DNA of 64,000 bases from Amoebidium appalachense (Eukaryota > Protista > Ichthyosporea), in contig CAVNZM010000013.1 of the NCBI GenBank assembly GCA_963693365.1, forward strand, positions 5,198,640-5,262,639, written 5' to 3'. The position numbers were made by a program, and so were the translations under genes. The first letter of the stretch is position 1, and every line of letters begins with the position of its first letter. Below, piece by piece: positions 31,858-64,000 of the stretch. Under the pieces are notes generated by a model. It made no database searches and was not told where the DNA came from. It worked only from the letters and a program-made list of their open reading frames with translations.

Positions 31858-32257
31858 ATGTGTGTGGATGTATGCATACTATAGTGAATCATATTGAATA
31901 AGAATTCGTGTCGCTTTGGTGTGCTTTTTCAATTTTGTCTCTGGGTCTATTTTAGAACCGCCGCTATAAGGCGAGTACACCGTGAGATCTGTTGTACAAT
32001 TTGGGCATGTCTGTGTATGTTACAGTATGTGTCGTAGGCTTGTAGCTTCATATGTTCATGCTAGAGCTCTAGAGTGCAAGTGAAGGCGGACGGGACCCCC
32101 CTGGGTGGGGGAGGGGGGAAGAGGCGGGGGAGGGGGGAGGGGGGAGGGTGGGGGCGGCGAGGGGGGCGCTGGGGGAGGCTGGGGTGGCCGGGGGGTACCG
32201 GGGAGAGGAGCACTGCCTCAGACTCTTAGCATAGTTGGAGGCCTGAGCTGAGCTGCT

Positions 32258-47288
<15,031 letters not shown>

Positions 47289-47443
47289 TGGTCTATAAGT
47301 ACGAATGGCAGCCCCCTTGGTGTTTTGTTTAACGATTAAGTCATATGTATGTAGGAGAAAAGGCATGAGAGTAGTTGAGTAGAGATGTTGTACATAGAGA
47401 TGAGCCGACACACACACGAAAACACACACCTTGCTCCCCAATC

Positions 47444-47610
<167 letters not shown>

Positions 47611-48304
47611 ACACACAAACAAGCGTGTGCGAACGCACGCACACACACACACAACACACACACCCGCCCACACACACACACACCCACACACCCACACACA
47701 CATACAAACAAACAAACAAACAAACAAGCGCGTGCGCGTGCGCGCGCACACACACATACACAACACACACACATACACACACACGCACGCACGCACGCAC
47801 GCACACACGCACACACGCACACATGTACACCCACCCACCCACTCACACCCCCCCCACGCACACACACACCGGCCTTCACCACCAATGTCAAAACATTTAA
47901 AACCTATGACGCCATACGCACGCGCCCTTTATAGATCATATCTCGAATGTTACAGTACAAATCACTGCTTGAAGCAGACATAAAACATAATGATACACTA
48001 GTTGCGGCCAATAAAGAATTTTAGTATGGAAATTCTAAATGGGCCATATATATGTACCCACACTATACGGAATACTAGGAAATATCCCGTACTGTGACAA
48101 CCCCCCCCCCCCCCCCGCGTCGTCCTCCTTCCTACTATGCCCGGATGACTGGGGTCGTTAAATAAGAATGAGGTCTATGTATTCATTCTGTGCGCACGTG
48201 TGGCTGTGTTCTTTCGTGTCATCTGCATGTCATACTTTAGCTCTGTTCCATGTGCCCCGAAGAGTAAAAGGGTATCAACGGGGGGGGGGAAGGGGGGGGG
48301 GGGG

Positions 48305-48411
48305 TTTGAATGCGTCAAAAAGTACGAAGTACACAAGAACAAACGGATAACACGATGCAGAATGCAAGCCATACATAAAGAGTATGCATAATAAGCAGAG
48401 CCCATCCTCAG
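48305..48411 (-). repeat. Dispersed short repeat family A, reverse copy
   Basis: The reverse complement is nearly identical to 23966-24070. G runs flank both sides. Confidence 0.88.
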
Positions 48412-48756
48412 GGGGGGGGAAGGGGGGGGGGGGGGGGGAGGAGGAGGGGCCAGGGGGCGGGGGGGGGGGGGGGGGGGGGAGGGGGGGGGTGCAGGGAGGG
48501 GGGGAGGGAGGCATGTATGCCATGAGGGGTTGAATCTCATGGATCAGGAAAAACACAAAAGACCACCAAAACACTGGATTTTAAAGAGAAACAACCCGAT
48601 AATAATAGGGGAAATTGCATGCAGAAGACACTCGAACAGAGCCACCAATAGGTGGGTTCCGATTTCCCACATTAATCTGCGTTTCGGTCAGGGGGAAGGG
48701 GAAAGGGGAGGGGTGTGTGTGTGTCTGTCTGTGTGTGTGTGTGTGGTGGTGGGGGT

Positions 48757-48794
<38 letters not shown>

Positions 48795-49222
48795 AAGCCG
48801 TGTGATTGCATGGGAACTTCAGTGCACAGCTGTGCCATGGATGCCAGCATGAAAATATGCAAGTTTCTTGACACGAATCGAAGTCTCGCTACTGGTGTCA
48901 GATAACCTTATAAAACGGCGAGGGTCTGTGTCCAGCACACACACACAGTACATAAGATTTGCTGCACGCCCGCATGCAACATGTCCCCTTCGTGAAGATT
49001 TTTAAGGGATAGCTAAAGTGCATTTCTTAAGTCCTATGCACAATATTCTAAACCAAAGGTCATCATGACAATCCACACACTTCTATTGATTTTAATGGCA
49101 CATCATTCCTGTGGAGTGTTAAGGGATATTATTCCTGTGATATTGCTATATCCAAACATTACACTTCACACCGCTGCTCAAAACCGTTTCGCACGCGTAT
49201 CTAGAGCCAAGTCATAGCGTAT

Positions 49223-49273
<51 letters not shown>

Positions 49274-49500
49274 TCCCCGTGGATAAAAATAGTAGCCCAG
49301 TAGAACTAATAGTAGATTCTACCTCCTGGCTTGAAAGCTCACACTTAGCGTTGTGAGTTTTGTTAATCAGAGCCACATTATAACGTAACAGCACATTCGA
49401 CTTGAGTATCAGCACACCTTCACGTAACTTCAAAGACTAACCGAGGATACCATTCCGGATCCAGCACCGGGAACCCACATAAATACATACAAGAGTATCA

Positions 49501-49544
<44 letters not shown>

Positions 49545-49826
49545 AAAAAAAAAAGCCCGACCTTCCCCTTCCCTTACACGCATGTATGTACACCCACTAC
49601 ACAGACACGTCCACTATCCAACATCATTTCACAGGATGTACACAGAAATTCGTTGTTTGCACGTCGAGGGTTCGGGAAGAGACACACACGGGCAGCAGCA
49701 ATCGAACGACCAAATGCCGAGCCCTGGTTTTAACTCCTTAGCAATGCCATCCCTGCTGTCTGTTCAGATGTCACATCCGTCTGAGTGCAAAACACCGTTA
49801 AAGATGAGAATACACGGCGCTCTTTG

Positions 49827-50533
49827 TTACGCCTCCTTTAACCAGGCATTCTCCTCATTCAAGTCGATGCACCACGCATAAACCTTTGCGTTGTTAGCCT
49901 TCTCCACCTCGAGGTCCTTTTCCAACCTTGCCATCCTTTCCTCCCCTTCCCTCAGTTTTGCGTTTGCAGCCTGCAGTTTTTTCTCTGCGGCGACTAGAGC
50001 TTCCTGGGTAGCTTTCAATTTCTCTTCCATGTCCTTCGTCGCCCGCTTTTTCCTCGCCACGGCATCTTTCAGTTTCACAATCTGGTGGTTTTTCTGTAGA
50101 AGTTGCTCGGCTAGCAACTCTTCGTTAGCTCTGCTCTCGTACGCCTGCATTAGCTCTTCCTCGGCTTGCAAAAGCTCCTTTTGAAGTTTCTTCGACTGTC
50201 TTTTCTTGTTATTGAAAATCCCCTTTTTCAACCCCTCATCACCCGATCCGGCGGTGGATGGTGACCCAGGGGCTGATCCGGACTCCTTGCCACCACCGAA
50301 GTGGAGGGAGTCAAAGGACAAGGAAAAACGCGTGCGTTGGAGACCATCCTTTCCGGATTTTTCACTGTTTACGGCTTTACGAAGCTCAGGAGAACCCATA
50401 ACGACACTCATAGCGTGTGTGCGTTAGATTTTGGGCTTCCTGGTGGAGAATCCTTGTACTCCTTCCCTTTTGCTTTGCGTGCAAATTTGGGCGAAAGAGG
50501 TGAGAAGAAGTCTGAAAGTCGCGACTCTGCCAT
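49827..50533 (-). CDS. Coiled-coil protein with an S/P-rich N-terminus; probable 1-nt frameshift near 50424
   Basis: ORF 50411-49827 is E/K/L/A-rich and heptad-like. The upstream ATG at 50533 opens MAESRLSDFFSPLSPKF...DSPPGSPKS, which joins the main frame if one A is added (TCT AA[A] CGC). A TTACAG acceptor ends at 50555. Confidence 0.75.
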
Positions 50534-51277
50534 TCTCAATTTTTCCGTATGTTTCTGTAATTTAAGCGCTTATACTAACACCACCCTTATTTCCTTAAAT
50601 ATTGCTCAGTGCATGAATAGAATGGAACATTTAATTTCGGAGGCTGGCTGATGCTGACAGAACTTGCAAAAGAAAAAGCTTGAGATTACTTTCTGTCCAC
50701 GTTAGAGATGTTGAATTTTTGCTCTTCGTGGCAATTTTCTTCTATGCTCATCCCCACCCTACTTTCTATATGCGATTAATACCCTACCTCTACTTGGTCA
50801 TCTCAATCATCACTAAAAACATGGGAAATAAGTTAGCGCAAAAAGTTTCTGAAGTTGTGCCGAGTCTGCTGACGTCTTGATGTGTCGAACGGCTCAAAAA
50901 GAGGATAACGTAACACTGCCCTCAAAAATAATGAAATAAGAGTTCGGAAATTCCAAAAAATGTTGAGTCTGCAAATAGCAAAGACAAAAGGCCCTGGTGG
51001 TCCCTGAGCATACAGGTCAAATGTGCGCATAAACACCATTTTCTTTTGTGTTACCAGAATAAGAACTGTATATATTTATTATTGAATAGGTGACATATAA
51101 ACTTCCGCCGGAGTCTTTGTAACTGAGGTTATCAGCAACTTTTGAAATTTTGGAGCTGTGCGTTGTTGGGGGGTGGCAAGCAAAATGTTGAATTTCTTCT
51201 GATTCAAACAATCTGAATGCGGCGAACCTAATATCCGTTATTTCTTAGCTGAAAGTGATAGCTGTCTACGCATCCGC

Positions 51278-51412
51278 CAGCCAATCAAACGCGGTCACAA
51301 TCTTGGGCAAATTCAATCACATGCATGGAGTGGTGCGCGACTGACCAATTAGCGCTGCTTTACAAATGAAGCGGAAAAACTATTAGCCAATAAAATGTGT
51401 CTCAACCAATTG
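51278..51412. promoter_or_regulatory. CCAAT-box cluster, likely promoter of the 49827-50533 gene
   Basis: Four CCAAT motifs within ~130 bp of repeat-free sequence upstream of the minus-strand gene. Confidence 0.45.
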
Positions 51413-51484
51413 CTACCGCATTCCACAGGTTTGCATTCTAGATCTGACCAAGCTTGTCTCCGCCTCTCGAGCAAATATCAAGGC

Positions 51485-51519
<35 letters not shown>

Positions 51520-51806
51520 TTCCCCCCTCCTGGCGCTCCCCTCAGCCCCCCACCCGCCACCCACCCTCCCGCCCCTAGGCCTCCCTCCAGTGAGTCACCG
51601 ATGGCCCTGCAGCTGGATTTCCATTGTACTTCCCGAGGCTCCTTCATAGTCATACGGTGTGATCATTTGTCACCTCAAGCTCCGCTTTTTCACCTGCTTT
51701 TTTAATATTATTAATATTTTTCGATTGTTGGTATGTTTACTATCGTATATGTTTTCTGGGTGTGGTCTCGTGTGTGTGTGGGACACTGTGTGTGTACATG
51801 CATGTG

Positions 51807-51845
<39 letters not shown>

Positions 51846-51977
51846 CTCTCTCTCTGTGTGTGTACATGTGTATGTGTATGTGTGTGTGTGTGTGTTTGTG
51901 TTTGTGTGTGTGTGTGTGTGTATGTATGTGTGTGTGCGCGCGCTCGCCCCGCGCGCGAGGGCAGGAAATTTAAGGCA

Positions 51978-52015
<38 letters not shown>

Positions 52016-52328
52016 GGAAGGGGAGGGGTTGACCATGGAGGAGACACTGTTTCGCAGCAGCAAAGCACAAACTTATTGACGCTTAATATGGCCACGACTG
52101 CAGACCAGAGACACTCACTCAGCCTGAGACCCGCTTGCATCCGCACATTGCAACTGCTGCTGGGTCCACCTCTTAGGCTAAAATTTGATCAAAATACATT
52201 GACCCTTTTACGAATTTCACGCAGCCAGTGCGCATCACAACTTGAAGCCTCCTGGGCCCTTATACTCATATGTTGCCCGAAACGCTGACAACCAACGGAG
52301 CTCTGCATAACCAACTGTACCGTGAAAG

Positions 52329-52359
<31 letters not shown>

Positions 52360-52661
52360 ACACCCACCCACCCAACCAGTCGACAAGACATTGCTGTTAG
52401 TTGCAACGACGATAAAATGTCATGGAAGAGAAAATAATATGGATATTATATATCATTAGGAAGATGCAGAAAGTTCCCTGGCCTCTGTGAGAATTACTCA
52501 TTTCAGACGTCGTTCGATTTGCAACCAGCTCCCAGAAAAGATCGACACTGCCTGTGCAGAAACTAATCATACAAAAAAAAAAAAAAAAAAAAAAAAAGCA
52601 GCTACATGGGTGTGCAAACAATGCCCCCCCCCCCCCCCCCCCCCCCCTCCATCCCAACCCC

Positions 52662-52745
<84 letters not shown>

Positions 52746-52815
52746 AGCACGAAAAAGTGGCAACTTACCCTATCTACACGCAGATGGATATCTGATTCCT
52801 TCATGCACTCACACC

Positions 52816-63749
<10,934 letters not shown>

Positions 63750-64000
63750 CTGGAAAAGGTTTAAAGAACCGTTGGTTTTTGCTATGTAACCTGATTCTCT
63801 GCCCCCCCCCCCCTCCCCCCCCCCCTCCCCGCGCTCTTTTAACGGTGCACAGTTTCCGTTTCAATTTAGGGAGATCAATCACACAAACTCAAATATTAGC
63901 CCTCCAAATAGGCAGAAGCACACACAAGCACACGGACAGGCACACACATGCCCCCCCCCCCCTCCCCCCAAAAAAGCACGCACACACACGCACACGCGCT

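Overview
Eukaryotic nuclear DNA, not prokaryotic. It is intron-rich, and introns and intergenic DNA are saturated with poly-C/poly-G, (CA)n/(GT)n and (GA)n tracts, so most entries in the ORF track are low-complexity artefacts. The gene content (PXK-like, SDA1) and intron style suggest a unicellular holozoan; this is an inference. Manual exon chaining (splice sites plus phase) gives five supported coding units: the 3' part of a Q-rich + strand gene (269-6180); three intronless paralogues of an unrecognised secreted protein (10357-11391 -, 21608-22634 + with a 1-nt frameshift, 28972-29991 +); a PX-domain pseudokinase of the PXK/Slob family (~32258-47288 +); a coiled-coil gene (49827-50533 -); and the 3' part of SDA1 (52816->63749 -). 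A possible further minus-strand gene starts at 20617. The best candidate for an undescribed system is the paralogue trio. Each copy has a signal peptide, a near-invariant Gly-aromatic-Asp pentapeptide-repeat module, a P/T linker, a variable middle domain, a conserved RxxR convertase site and an 8-Cys C-terminal module. The copies share CCAAT/TATA promoter geometry and look recombined with one another. Other points of interest: tandem duplications that copy splice sites, a poly-C-embedded short repeat family, a retroelement fragment with a 13-bp target-site duplication, palindromic MITE-like elements, and a polarised arrangement of simple repeats around splice sites. Homopolymer lengths and single-base indels may be sequencing artefacts. 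No database search was run.
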